Positions 39,104 through 53,400 of a stretch of DNA of 64,000 bases are shown piece by piece; position 1 is the first letter of the stretch; every line of letters starts with the position of its first letter. The notes beneath the pieces are model-generated. The model was not told where the DNA came from. It worked only from the letters and a program-made list of their open reading frames with translations, and did no database searches. Source of the stretch: Daphnia carinata (Eukaryota); contig NC_081331.1 in the NCBI RefSeq assembly GCF_022539665.2, forward strand, positions 2,232,001 through 2,296,000. The letters are read 5' to 3'. A program made the translations under genes and the position numbers.

Positions 39104-39221
39104 GCGATGATGACTGTTGGGCGAAGTATATAACAGTCCAATTTCTCCGATCGTCGACAATGGCCCTCCCAGCAGCGTATTGTGTAATATACATCCTCTA
39201 CAGTGAGTGAATGTGTCTGAT

Positions 39222-39226
<5 letters not shown>

Positions 39227-39260
<34 letters not shown>
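39227..39260. repeat. (GT)17 microsatellite
   Basis: Read directly. Confidence 0.95.
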
Positions 39261-39263
<3 letters not shown>

Positions 39264-42200
39264 GAAAAATGATGGATGATGTGATGTCAAACATGAAACG
39301 ATTTCCTCGTCTTTTTATTTTTTTTTTTTCTTCTAATATTTCTTCCTCCACTTAACGGCCTGTACAGAATTTGAAAAGGCGCGCCCTAAAATGTTGGCCC
39401 GTTCATTTGTTTCTTTTATTCTCTTCGATTTTTTTTTTGTTTTTCGTTTATCATGTGGCAGACACAACACAACATTTGGCAGACAATAAAAAAAAAAAAA
39501 ACTGACAAATTTGCGGTGACTCTCCCAGTGTTTTTGGTGTATCGGCTTTCTGTCCAATCAGAATTTTATTATTCTTATTATTTTTTTTTTTTTTTTTTTC
39601 ACTTCTCTATTAAGCTTCATCAAATGCACCCCCCAGACAGGATACAAATGTACGTGGACATGAATTCTTATTTTTTAGGCCATCAAAACTCTCGTTGTGT
39701 TGTACCGATTACGCCCCCGTGTCTTTTCCCACACCCACTACACATCGAGGCTCTTTGCCTTGATCGCCTCCCCCCGATTGTGTTGTCTCTTTCCCTTTTT
39801 TTTTTTTTTTGGCCACACTGTTTCTGATTATAAAAGTACATACGATGACTCTTTATATATTATATCGATCAACTGAGCTTTGTTATATACACGGTTTTTT
39901 TTTCATTTGAAAACAACGGCATGGTTTTCATTGAACTAGTGAACCAAAAGGACCTAACAGTTTTGCGATCAAACACAAAAAAAAAATGTCATGAGAATAG
40001 GAATTGAATTTTCGAATCGCTTCGCATCTCATCCATCAAAGCCTCGCTTTTATTTCGTATCTCGCTGCGTGTTTCGATATAATCACGACTATGTCTAGCA
40101 ACTCATTCAACGCACATATATGCACACACGTTCTGACACACAGATGCTAGTACAATAGCCTTAAAAGGTAATTTTTTGTGTATATTTTCCAAAGACAGGA
40201 CTCGTCTTCATTATGAGCATGGTCAATAACTCCATCAGCTTTTTTTTTTTTTTCTTTGGCTTTATTATTAACCAATTAACTACATTAGATGAGAGAGAAT
40301 ATCGAGTATGTACGATACAACTTCATCATTCTGTAATAGTCCTCTGTGCGTGCCTATGTTCCGTAGTGAAGCAATTTAAAGTTGATGGAAAAGCCAAAAG
40401 AAAATTGTGATAACATCGGGACCCGACAAAATGGCGAGGCCGTGACCGAAACAGTGCGCAACACGCAATAGTTGGGAGAGACTCTTCTTTAACGTTCTAA
40501 TGGAACTTGTACGCACGTAGAGAGTCTGTTCACCTTTTTTTTTCGTGTTTTATTAGCAAATGAGCACAGATCTCATTTGTTTCTTTGCTCTTTCATTATC
40601 GGAATGTAATGCTGGCCGTTAATTTGGTGTTGGGGAAATGATAATGGAAAACACAACAAAAGGGAAAATAGACAATGGGATCACCGTGGAGATGAAAACA
40701 CATCGGCCGTATTGTCTCTGTATTTAAAAAAAAAATAATAAAAGTATATTTAGACACACAACACGGCATTAGGGAAGGCTGGCCAAAGAGGGGCGGTACT
40801 TTTAGTTGACTTCGGAGCAAATCACGAGCTATAAGAAGCCCTAGTAAAAAGAACGACCCCCCTCTCCTTACAAAAAACAATCCTCTCTGGAACTCTGGAA
40901 CTTTAGTTTTTTTTAAAGCGATGGATTAAATTAAAAATTAAAAATAGGTTAGTAATGAAAAAAAAAAAAAGAACAAAGAAATTAAACATTTGCTTATCGA
41001 AATCTTATAAACGTGTACGCCACCGAATTGAACAACCAAAAAATGAAGAGAGGCCCAGAAAAAAAAAAACACACACACACAAAAAAGGAACCTTTTGTTT
41101 CTTTATTTCTTTTTATATAACTCGTCCCGCTTATAGTTTTTTCTTTTTTTTTTTTTTTCATCTTCTGAAACAAGAAGAAACCCAGGGAAAAAAAAAAAAA
41201 TTATTCTTGGTGGTTGCGTCTTAACGGCGCCGCCGCCGCAGACCCTTCTTTTCTTGCCTCCCACCTACCCTCTTATACCTTTTCTTATTTTTTCTTTTTT
41301 CTTTTTAAATTTTTATATACATAAATGGCGCCACGCGTGCCCGCGTCCAAAAGGTATATGCACACTCAAGAGCCTACCCTTCATTCTTCTAACTTTTTCC
41401 CCTCACCCGTTCTTCGACTTCTTTAGATCGTCGTCGTCCTTTTCTGTGAGCCATTGAAGAGCAGCGGCGGCCATTGAACATCACGACGATGCCCGAGGCT
41501 TTGAAAATTCTTAATTTAAAATAAAAAAATGAAACAGAGGGTCGGGGGGGGGGGGGGGGGAGAAAGAAATAGATGTAGCCCTTTCTTTAAAATCTAATCC
41601 CGGACTTTTTTCGGATAGGCCTTCCGCGGTCTTCCAATAGAAACACGCCCTTTTTTTTGTGTTAGGGTCCCATGTCTATTCCCCTCAACTAAAGGAAAAC
41701 AGTCCCCCCCCCCCCCTCCTCAACCTCCTTCATCCCCAGTAAGAAAAGTCGGCATTTCTACGTAAGGTGTACCTGCCGTGTTTGTTGTAATAAGCCGGCC
41801 TGTAAACAAGTCGCAACGTATAGAGAAACTCTTCTATATCCAGATACAACCGTAAGGCTTCCGTAACACGGCAAATTAAATATTAGGGCGCAGGATAAAA
41901 AGTCCTAATCAACCGTTATTTGTTATTCTGAATAACAGGGACGGGGAAGAAGAAAAGCCTTTTTTTTTTCGTGAAAATGACACGACCGCGTGACATTTAG
42001 CGAAAAGAAAAAAAAAAACACACGCGACCCGCCTCGCTCTATGTTCATTTGCAGATTGTTTGTCATACACACTTTGTTGCGTGTCGTAAGGTAATAAAAC
42101 ATAGTTGCATTTCCGGTTGGAATGCCATCATTAGCCGCCAACGACAAATGATCATAATAAAAAGAGGTTTGGCATTTCTGCAATTCAGCGGCCACATAAA

Positions 42201-45200
42201 GTGTCTGCGTGGATGTGGATGTGTATATACGTATTTTGAAGTGCACGCCAATGTTTGGAACGAAAACCGTTTGAGGTTTTCGGGAATGACCGGCTTTTTA
42301 TTATTTATGGTTCTCTCGCCAGGTTGGCACGCACGCACAGCAACAGGAATTTCAACTGTCGAATTTGTTAAACGGATTTCGTTAAAGGGCTATAACGTTC
42401 ATCGAATGTTGGAAAATGGTACAGGTGCGCCCAGTGCCTGTTCCATTTCGGAAGAAACAAGCCATAGGGGATAATCGTTCTTAAATAACGGGCCAGCGAT
42501 AACAAATGGTTTTAACCGGCTTAATATACTCGCTGAGTTAGTGAGTCGTTCAACTGTCAATGTCAATGAGAGTCAAACAAATTTTTGGTTCTTATTCGTT
42601 TCAACGAACGTTCCCTCCCAAACAATCTACGCCGTTTCTATACGCTAAATATGCGCATAGTAGCTGCGTATAGTTTTTTTTTTACGTACACTCGGCTATA
42701 AATAAAAATATCAAAGAACTAGACCAGCCACAGTTTTCGGTTCGAAAATAAAAATGACAAGGCCTTCAGACAGCACCTGTAATTAAACATCACCTCCTCC
42801 CTTTTCTTTTCTCCGAAAATAAAAGTCTAAGAATCGCTTCGAACTTTAAAAAAAAAAAATGGCTAAATTACACAATGCTTCTTTTTTTTTTTTTTCTTAT
42901 TTACTGTGTATATTATAGGCTTCTTCTTTTTTTTTTTTTTTTATCCTCCCCCTGTTGCGCAAAAGGATCTCACCTTTCACCGGTCGCACCGCCGCGGAAG
43001 TTGTCGCTGATATGGCGGCGGCGGCGTCGGGCGGCAGAATATGATGACACCTCATGCGTCTTTACCTAAAAATTCAACCCGACGCCGTCACTATAGACAC
43101 AAAAACATACGATGGGTGTTGCTGGGGCTTCGAATGATGCAGTGCGCAACGCATATTTTATTATATTTTATTTTTTTTTTCGGTTCTTGAATTTTGTTTG
43201 TTGCGGTAAAAAAAAAAAAAAAAAAATAAAAAAAAATAATACTGGCGGTAGTTTTCCTTTTGCGCAAGATTCTTTCTATGAGGGCACATTATAATGCTGT
43301 TATATACTGAATAATTTTTGCGCTATTCCGATGAAGGCAGACGGGCCCCAGCTGCTGGCCAACAGGAAACGGCACGACATGAAATACAAGCGGGGGGAAA
43401 GCAAAAAAAAAAAAAAAAAAAAAAGGAAGATGAATACACAAACAACCGAGCCATCATAATTCACTGGCTTAGAGTTGAATAGATAAAAGAGAAATGCAAG
43501 GAGACGGAAGACAGAAAACATAGACGCAGACGTGATCACCATCAGTCATTAATAAGCTGTTAAGCCATTCTTTAGCTGTGTGTCTATCTAACGCACGGCT
43601 AAACAAACATGGCCGATTAGACGAAAGACGATGGCCAAAAAAAAAAAAAAAGAAAGAAAGGAAGAAAAACCTTGTCTGCCATCTTTATATCGTTTGCCCT
43701 TTTGATATTTAAATCAACTTGGCTCGCGCGCTCTACACGAACGGCATAGGCGCTTTCGGGATGCGTTGCTAATGGCGACGTGCGCCATCGTATAGACAAT
43801 TCACGAAGACGAAAGACTTTATTATTTACGACCGGACATAATAAACAGATTGTTTGTTTTTCCTCTAACCAAAAATACTGCGGAACGTGTGTACAATCTT
43901 TTTAGAAACCGTTTGCAAACAGAACGGCCACAGCAAAAAAAGATGGAACCCCTCACAGTATTTTAGGAAGAAAGATGGGCCGGGGTCAACACATCCATGA
44001 CCAACTGAGAGCTGATTAGCATGCCAATGGAGGAGGGGGGGGGGAGAGAAGTATTGGTGAGCGAGGAAAAGAAAAAAAAAAAAAGCACAGACGAAAGAAG
44101 GAAAAAAAAAAAAAAAAAAAGGTGAGAAAGAAGAAGCCCAAAATGAATGCGCTCTTCGTGGCGGCATAACTCAGGTTAGCGTATGATGGAATACAATCGA
44201 GTATTTTCTTTGAAAAAAAGGGAAACGTTCGGTGCTGCTTTAGATGACCTGTTCCCGTTGGCAACAACACTGTGTAACGTTCTGACTGATATTCGACCTG
44301 TCTGCGCTTTTGATGTTGGCCCTTTTTTTTTTGCATAGGACGTGGCAGCCATTCCCTTTAATTTTATTTTTTATTTCACTTTATTTTTCTCTTTTTTTTT
44401 TTTTTTTGTGAGATGCTGTCAGCAACTCGGCAAGTGATTCAAACGCCATCACACACATGTACCGACGAGAAAAGGAAAACATCAAAAATGACTGACTGAT
44501 TTCTTCGATTGGTTTGGTTTTTTTTTTTTTTTTTTCACATCTGGCGGCGGCATCTTTTTTTCCGAACATCTAAAAAGAAATCATGTTGCGCAAGCCGCTG
44601 CGCCACATCAAGACGTTCAGTCCATAATAGAATGTGCACGTCAAAGACGTAACTAGCCAATGGCGCAACATTCAACCATCTCGTGCAAATTGATCGGTGA
44701 TTTCTTGGAAGGCGTGTGTCGTCATCAAGTCATTTTCCAATTATTACGTCACGAGGCAAAACAAGGACTGCGCAAGTTAGGAAGGAGTGTGTGTGTGTGT
44801 GTAAATCCCATTCAAAGCGGTTGGCTCATTTCAAATAGATATCTGTTTTTTTTTACGTTAGCCGCAGATGGAGATCAACACCAATGTCTATAAGCGGAAG
44901 GAGAGCCGTACATGGCGCCGTGGATGCATTTTAATTCTCCGACTTGGAACAACATCGGACAATTTGGACGTACGAAGCCAAACCAATTGTCTTGCCTTTT
45001 TCTATTTCTACGAATTGTGTGCTGCAACTGTAAAAAGCGGCTGCCTGTGTAGAGGTCGATCTTTTCTCATTTCGTTCCCCCTCTTATGCATAGCGTGCAT
45101 GAAGCATCATGTCAGACGAGAGACGGCCGAAAAAAAAAACAGCAGAAGGGCCCAGCTCTTTACAGCGCCAGGAAATTAAACTCAAAGTTCCAAAAAATAT

Positions 45201-47450
45201 TCATTTTCTCTCTTGCCATATACACGCCTTCCTCACCACCCACCCTACATACATATATATACAGTATATACCTTTCGTTTTTCTTTTTTGACCTATACGC
45301 CGTACTAATGTTGCGGTCGTGCTGCCCGTGTTGTTCTTCTCCTGTCTTCTCTTTTCTTTTTCCTTTTTTTTTTTTCTCTTCTCCGGCCGCGCGGCACATG
45401 GCCGTTCTTCTTTTCTTCTGGGGCCTGGGCCTTTTTTTTTTTTTTTTTTTTTCATTTTTTTGGATGGAAGAAAAAAAGAAAGGAAAACAAGGTATAAGCC
45501 AGCGCCCTTCAGGGCAGGTAGACTGGCTGTCGCCGCTCCCGGCCGCCATGCATACGCTTGCTAACAACAACGCACCGATCACCTTCTTCTTCGTTTTTCT
45601 TATGAGCGTAATCATTATTCTAAAAAATGCATGTTTTTATGTGCTGCACACAATAGGCCCTTCTATTCTCCTAATGAATTTGATTGAATAGTCCAAAAAT
45701 AAAAAAAAAAATAAAAAATTAGCCAACAAATAAAAAAGGATTTGATTCGTTTGAATTGCTTTTGTTTTGCGGTAGATATACATCTCGGGGGGTCCCCATT
45801 CGTCGTCGTATCTATACATCAGCGGCCTATAATAACACAAAATGTTTGGAGAGGGGAAAAAGAAAAAAGACGCACAGCGGGGCGATGACAGATTCCATGC
45901 GGTGCAATTTGCTTGTCAGCTCGGACGGGGGGGTATCAAGGCCTGCAGCATTACAGCCTAAGAGTGTGTACCTTACTACTGGAAAGTGGGGGTCAGTCAG
46001 TCAAAGAAAAAAAAAAGTCTGAATATCATTTTTTTTTTTTTTTTTTTTTTCAAATTGAGAGTTGAGGGAGAAAGAAGAAGAAAAAAAAAACTCTAATGGA
46101 GTGCGTCTCAGGTACAGAGGAGACACGTCACGATTGGAAAGGTGAGGCAGCAGGAGCGCCGTTCTTTTTGAAGTTGTCAGTTGTTCGTCAAGGAGCGAGG
46201 GGGAATAAGAGAATCTCGCCGCTCGACATCAGCCATCTTCTGCAGAAGAATAGAAAAAAAAAAAAAGAAAGAGAACTTCTTTTTGAAGTTGTTATTTGAC
46301 TCTGGCACTCGAGGAGCTGATCTCTAAAAGCAGTAGGGAGAAGAAAAAAAGAGGGGGGGGGGGGAGAAATGTAGACTTCACTCAACGAAGACGAGTTCAT
46401 AGGTAAACCTTTGTGATGAAACGAAAAAGAAAAAGAATAAACTGCAAGTGTCCGTCAAAATCATCGAGCAATCGCTTTAGGGCTCTTCCTACGTATAAAA
46501 AACTGACCAACAATAAGACATTTCTCAAGTCGACAGTCGGGGAATCAAAAAAAAAAAAAAAAATTATTTGTATTTACGTTTTAACTAAGATATGGTGTGT
46601 TACAGGCCTGGATGGCTACACTTGTAATATTATTATTATTCTTCTTTTTTTCCAATCAGAGAAAAGTTGAAACGAGGGCGGAGATTTGCCTTATTCATTT
46701 TACCCCCAGACTTTTTGTTATTGTTGCTTTGCCTTGATTATCTGGGATAGTTTGCCTGCTGTCTCGTTCTCTTTTGTGTCTACAATAACAAGATATCTAA
46801 GCAGTGACCCTCGGTCGGTGATTGTTTGAAATCGAAACATATTTTAGGCCGGCCTTTATAACCTGATCTGTTTTCTAGGCCTTGTTGGATGGACAACTGA
46901 TATTTTTGTTTTCCCTAGAAAAAGAAAAAGAAATGATTACGATTGACGTGGATGGTAAAATACCATTAGATTTATACTCGTTGAGAAATGAAATGCTATT
47001 AAAACTATCGAAGGAATTACATCGTTTAATGGGATATTACTTGCAACGACTGTCCGGTTTATATGTGAGTATTTATTGCTGGATGGGTGGATAGGGGGAT
47101 ATTGAGTTTCGACGACTCTGATGGATATCGAGTATCATATGGTTTTTGACTCCGGCCATTTCGGTTTTGTTTTTTAATGAAATATAAAGATGGAATTCCA
47201 ATGGACCAATGATACACACACGTAATGATGCTCGAGGCCTAGGGGATGGTCAGTCAACATTTTTACAAGGACCAGGCTCGTTCAGAAAAGGAAAAAATGG
47301 AGCGCTTGTTACACTCCATTTTGTTGTTGTGATGTAATCAAAAGATACGCGTTAGGGAACGAAGAAAAAGAACCAGGTGGGTGCAAACTATTGGCTGTGT
47401 CAGCCTCATCAGTTTGTGTTGGGGAACGGACGATCCATCTTATCGCTAAT

Positions 47451-47452
<2 letters not shown>

Positions 47453-47484
<32 letters not shown>
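47453..47484. repeat. (CT)16 microsatellite
   Basis: Read directly. Confidence 0.95.
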
Positions 47485-47487
<3 letters not shown>

Positions 47488-50400
47488 CTTTTCTTCTTTC
47501 TCTCCTTATTAACTGCGGCTATTGCCCGTTGAATCCACGCGCCCTTTAGCTGTTCATTTGTTTCTGATACATGTTTGTTTCTTTTCTTCCTGTCAGTCTT
47601 CTTCTTCTTCTTTTTTTCTTTTCAAATGATTTTTTCTTTTTCTTTTTTTGCGCCATTCCAAGCTGTATATGTTTATACCTATAAAGGCCAAATAATCCAA
47701 GCAATTGTTTTTTCTGAATACTGTCAGACTATTTTGACTCCTCCTCGTCGATGTTAAATCCGTGTTTGTGTGCGATGCCCTGACGTGCATTTGTGTGGGT
47801 GTCTGCGGGAAATAACGAGCTCTTTTTTTTTGCTTTTTTTTGCTTTTTTTTTTTGCGGAATCATCACATTTTTTTTTTGTTACTCTGAATACCGCCGCCG
47901 CATTGTTGCAAGAACCGCAACAACATTAGCAAACAAAACAAACACACAACAAAAAACTTTGAAATTTCTTCGTTTCTCATTTCTTTTTTTTTTTTTTTTT
48001 TTTTTTTTCTCGAATGTTGCATTAAAGAAACGTCGTGCAGGTTGTGTAACATGTGTCTAACCCGTCCGTATCTCAAACATCCCATGGCATTTTTTTTGAA
48101 AAATACGAAATTACAGAATTCCGTGGCATCAAGCGCACGTCGTCTCGTAAATAGATGTTGGCCAATTTGACGCCGGCAAAAATCGGTTCCACGCGCAACC
48201 ATCAAATTGTGATGTTGCTGTTGGTTGATGTTGGCAGCATGATGGGTATGCCGCACTCTGTTCTGCTGTACTATACACACAGATATTGCTAATCAACACG
48301 CTGGATGTGAATTAGCCTATAGCTATACAACGAAAATGAGAATCTTTTTTTCGTGCCGCTAGAAATGTTTGTGATGTAATTTTTCTCTTTTCTCGTTCTG
48401 GAAAATTCAAGTTGATCACAGACGAATCTCGGCACAACTTAGAAATAGACTCACGAAGAACAATTGTGGTGCCGGGATTGTTTCGCAGCAACGTTGAAGG
48501 TATAGCGCACACCGCAAAATACGCACAGTTAGTTGGCCGTTTCACATGGACTATGTGAGGCACCAACGACTGCTGTCCAGTCAGTCCTGGAACCTTGGCC
48601 AATGAAGAAACAAAAAAAAAAAAATAATAAAGGTGGAAAGAAGAAGAAGAAGAAGAAAACGAAAAAGACGAGCGCAGCTTTCGCCCACCAGAACGGAATA
48701 TAATTTCAATACACGCAGACTCAAGAGAGAATATACATAAATACGAAGATGGCCAGCTAACCCCTAAAGGATATAGCTAATATATTTAGAAAAAAAAGAA
48801 AGAAACACCTCATTTGAATGGATCATGCGATGCTTCCATCTTCTCAAAGAGTCCATTCTATACGAGGCGTACTTTTTGTTTTGTTTTTTTTTCCTTTTAA
48901 AAATAAAATAAAAGGAGAAGGGACCAGCCTATATGGACGAGAACCCACAGCAGACACGTTCGAATCTGATGGCCAGTTGCGCGTTGATGAGTTTCTTGAT
49001 GCCCTTCGGGAGTTACTCATTTGATCTCATCGTGATGCTGTGTGTGTGTGGATTATTTTAATGCCTCGCCTAAACTATAAAAGAATAAACCTACCAACAT
49101 CTAACGGGGCCTTTAAACAAAAAAGAAAAGCTTAAATGCAAAGAAAAAAAAAAAAGGGAAACGACACGAATCGATGATAATGAAAGGATAGAGACAGGGA
49201 GATTGAGAATTGAGGGCCATATTCGACATCCATATATTTATATGCATATTTTGTATACATAACCAGTTGCTATATCGAAAAGAAAACGATATAGCCAGTG
49301 CCGATGATGAGTCGAGTTTTTCTTTGATTATCTTTTTTTGTTGTTGTTGTTTCGTCCGCGCAACCGTTTCCCTTCATTTCTAATGCATATTATTAGATGA
49401 TTGCCTTATTGGTTTGTTTTCTCAGTTGATGTGTCCTCTGTGCATACGATCTCTCACATACAATCTGTATGCAGATATCGGAAGCGCGGGAACCAGAGAG
49501 ACTTCCAAACAACAGAAGAAGAAAGATATAGCCATGCGTTCCACAGCACTTTCTTTATAATCAGCTAGGAACTGCTCAATCTACTAATAATAGTAAATGT
49601 TAACAATTATTTTTCAAAAACCTCGAATCCTTTTTTTTCTTTACCTTTTCAGAGCGTCGGCCACACGTTATTGTCCATCCGGCGTAGTGAGATAACAGAA
49701 GTGTGGTGTGTTTCCTTTTGATTTGATCGCGGCTAATGATATGCCATGCACAAGGCGAGTCTTCATTTGTTCGTAGGAAGTCAAGTTTATTTTTTCGTTG
49801 TTGTCTAAGACGCGTGAAATGGAATATAAAAAAAAAAAACAAAAAAAAAAAAAACAAGGCAAATGAGAGTCTTTCCAAAGGTGTAAAAATGGAACACACA
49901 AAAAGCCAGCTGTGAAAATGAAAGAGCGAACGCTGTTGAATGAGGACAAGTTCATTTGTATTACACAGCTAATGGTGTAGGAGGATTGCTAGTACTAAAG
50001 TCAGGGTTACTATTAAGTCGCCATCAAACGGAATAATTCTCACAAATTCAGTCGTATGCATACGTGTGTGTATTATTATACAGTAAAAATACGAACGAAA
50101 TCTTCTTTTACGGTGCGAGAAAAACTCAACAGTCGACGCCAGTCAAACAGCAAACGACGTAAAAAGGGGGAGAACAAAAACACAAAATTTCAAAATAAAT
50201 ACATCAAACGGAATTATAATTGAAGGGCGAGCGCAGTTTTTCTTCTTCTTCTTTTTTTTTTTTTTTTTTGGGGGGGGGGGGGGCTTTTAGTTATGCAAAC
50301 AAAATTACAGATGCAAAACCGGCCACCAACGAATTCACGATTGACCAGAGCTGTTTCACGGAGGACATACAGAGGCGGGGTGATAATGCAGCATTTTTAC

Positions 50401-53400
50401 AGACACACACAAACACATACACACAGAGAACAACAGCAGTATGTTATTAGATTAGATATATAGTGTGAGCTTAGTTATATAGGACTATATATTTTATTTT
50501 TCTTTTCCTTCTTGACATGTCGTGTGAGTGCGGGTTGGCAACCGCAACAAATACGACATGTAACCCTCCCGAACGTTCTAGTACATTTATATAGTAGTCG
50601 AATTAGATGGTGGGGGCTGGACGCATCAGTTAACCAATTGCATGTCTTGCGGGAGTAGATGCCCCGCCATATGACGGCCGCGTTCGGTGTGAGAGAGAAA
50701 AAAATACAGTATATATACGACATTCGTAAAATTAAATTTGTAAAAGGAATAACTTACAGAGAAGGGAAAACACGAAGTCGACCGCAGCGACTCCGGGGGG
50801 GGGGAATGGACCGCAAAAATATTAGAGGATGAACTTCGTTCACGGTATATTGGTTCGATTAGCATTCCTCGTTTTCTTGCGAGCTTCACTGCGCAATTCG
50901 GAGGCCATCTTTTTTTGTGTACGAACACGATACAAGCCGTCCTTGTTTTCATACGTGATTACATTCATTTTGCTATTGCTATTTTTTTTTTTTTTTTTAC
51001 AAACATCGATTGAGTTTATAAGAAGAGTTGGTGAATGTATAGATGCAAAAGAAAAGGGTTGAACTGATGGGAAACTGTTTAGCTTTCAGATTGTGACTGG
51101 GCTGCGTGCCAACCCGTTTCCTTCGTTCTTGTATTCCATCATCGGCCGCTCATATTCTTTTCAAATAGGAGCGTGTGTGTGTCTGTGTGTGTGTGTGTTA
51201 GAACGAGAACAAGTGCGTGATGGTGGGTGTCTGAATGTTTCTCGCCTTATTTTTAATAGCTTTTGATCTACAACAACAACAACAATACACCACGCTATTA
51301 ACAGACGAACGGGTCTACCCTCCGCGCACGGAAGGATCTCGGCCTCATTGAACTTTTTGGCTTGCTCTCATGACACTTTACGAAGGGCCCCCATTCAACC
51401 GGCTGTGCCAGTTTTCTATGTTCACACACATATACACACATGGCAGAAACAGGTTTTTTTTTTTTTTCGTACAATCTAATTTGATAGCGTCCATAATTGG
51501 ATAAAGCTGCGCAGTAAATGCAATCGAAATTGCGAGTTGGCCGTTGATCTTTTGACAGTAGATTACAGTACGCTGCGTTGTAAGAATGTTCTTTTAGCGC
51601 TTAAAAGCAGTCGATGAACTTTCTATGCGTACATGTGGAACGACTTGTTATTAGCTGCACCATCCCAGACATGCGTAACCAATTGATATTAAAAACCATG
51701 GCCCTTTCATTTGAAAAGCCTATTTTCTAAAAGAAAAAAGATATGAACATTTCAATAGATTGCTAAAGACATGGAGCTCTCGCCATAAACTGCCATTCCC
51801 GTATAGATACTGGTGTTAGTTAATTTCTAGAGGAAATGACCAATCATTTGAAAAGACATCAAACGGTGGTCGTTTTTTTAAATTTCTATTGTGTCCATAC
51901 AAACGCAAGTCCAAACTGAGCCGCCGCTGTTGCGCTTCTGCTTTATTTTACTTCGGATGAATAAGACCATGCAATGTCCGCCCTCTCGTTCGCATCGACG
52001 CCGCCCGTGCGTTGCTTACCGGCCTCTTTTTTTTTCTCTCCGTTTTAAATTATTTTGAAAAAAAGTTTGGTTTTTTTTTTCTTCAGTGGGTTATGTGTGA
52101 TGTTGCGCGACAAAGGAAAGAGAAAATCGAAGGTTTCTTTTTTTTTTTTTTTGTGCATGTATGTGTGTTTAAGTATAGAGTGGGAGGAGCTGGGCGTTAT
52201 ATGGATGTAAGTCTTCTTTTTACAGGGACGTCCTTCAAATGCCGCGGCTACGGTTGCGCTGCTCGTCGCCGCCGAATAAGAGGAAAGAAGACCATTGTAT
52301 ATTGATATACAAATCCCCCCTCTTCCCATACATGCTCAAAGTAAAAAAAAAAAAAAAATATATGTATAGCTACACGCATAAGCCGTAGACATGTGTGTTG
52401 TTTGTTGTGTAATTCCATTGTTTGCCTCCAGTAAATTGAAGCTCAGACGTTATAATATGGAAGGTAATAAATAACAAAAGAAAACCTATAATAATACGGA
52501 TAGAAAAAAAAAAAAAAAAATATTTATTCGTGTAATCCGCAGTTGGGCTGCCGTTCCGGCGGGAGTATCAAACTGCGGCAATATAATCATTTCGTTTTGT
52601 TAAAAAATACGTTTTTGTTTTGAACGCTTCGCATGAATGTTTTTCCCATTGGTTGCAGTACGATTTCAAACATTTGCTGCATACATTGTGTTCATTTTGT
52701 TTCGAAACTTGACGACGGCGGATGGAAACAGTCACATAACCTGGCGTTGTGCATCTTTTCCCGTGGCCCGTCGACTTTGCGTCGTGTTACTTTTACGGCG
52801 GCAACAAAGGAAAATGAACCGCGACGGCGCGATCAAGTCCGACAGCAGCAACAACAGCTATATGCGCCGCTCATTTCCCATAGCATATTTTATTTTTATT
52901 TTTTTTTTTTGAGCTTTTCCCACTTGCTGCTATGCCGCTACTCGTTCTCAACTATATAATTATCATCGCAGACACACAGACAAGAGTGTAGGCAACTGTA
53001 TTTGGCTGCCGGTTGCGCCTTCTTGTATATAACGTCGGCTTATTATCGTGTTCGCCGCCGCGTAAATGAACGCGCGATAAAAATGGAGTTACACATTCAC
53101 ACACAGACACATGACATTCGGATAGATACGTGCATACAGACTTTGACAGATTCGTCTGGTAAATGTAGTTGTAGTCTCTCCGGAGTTGAATCTCTGACGA
53201 GCTATAATTTCTCTGTTAATTCATTAATGATGTCATTCATTTTTGGCCTGATTATAATTTTTGGAAGTCTGCCGCTCATTATCGTTGTAGCCGTAATAAG
53301 ACGAACGAATCGATTCACTGGCAAATTTCCATGTATATGAGCGGTTGGGATACAGAAGGAAAAAGTTGTTTAAAGAAATCGATAATTGCGTTGTGATGCA

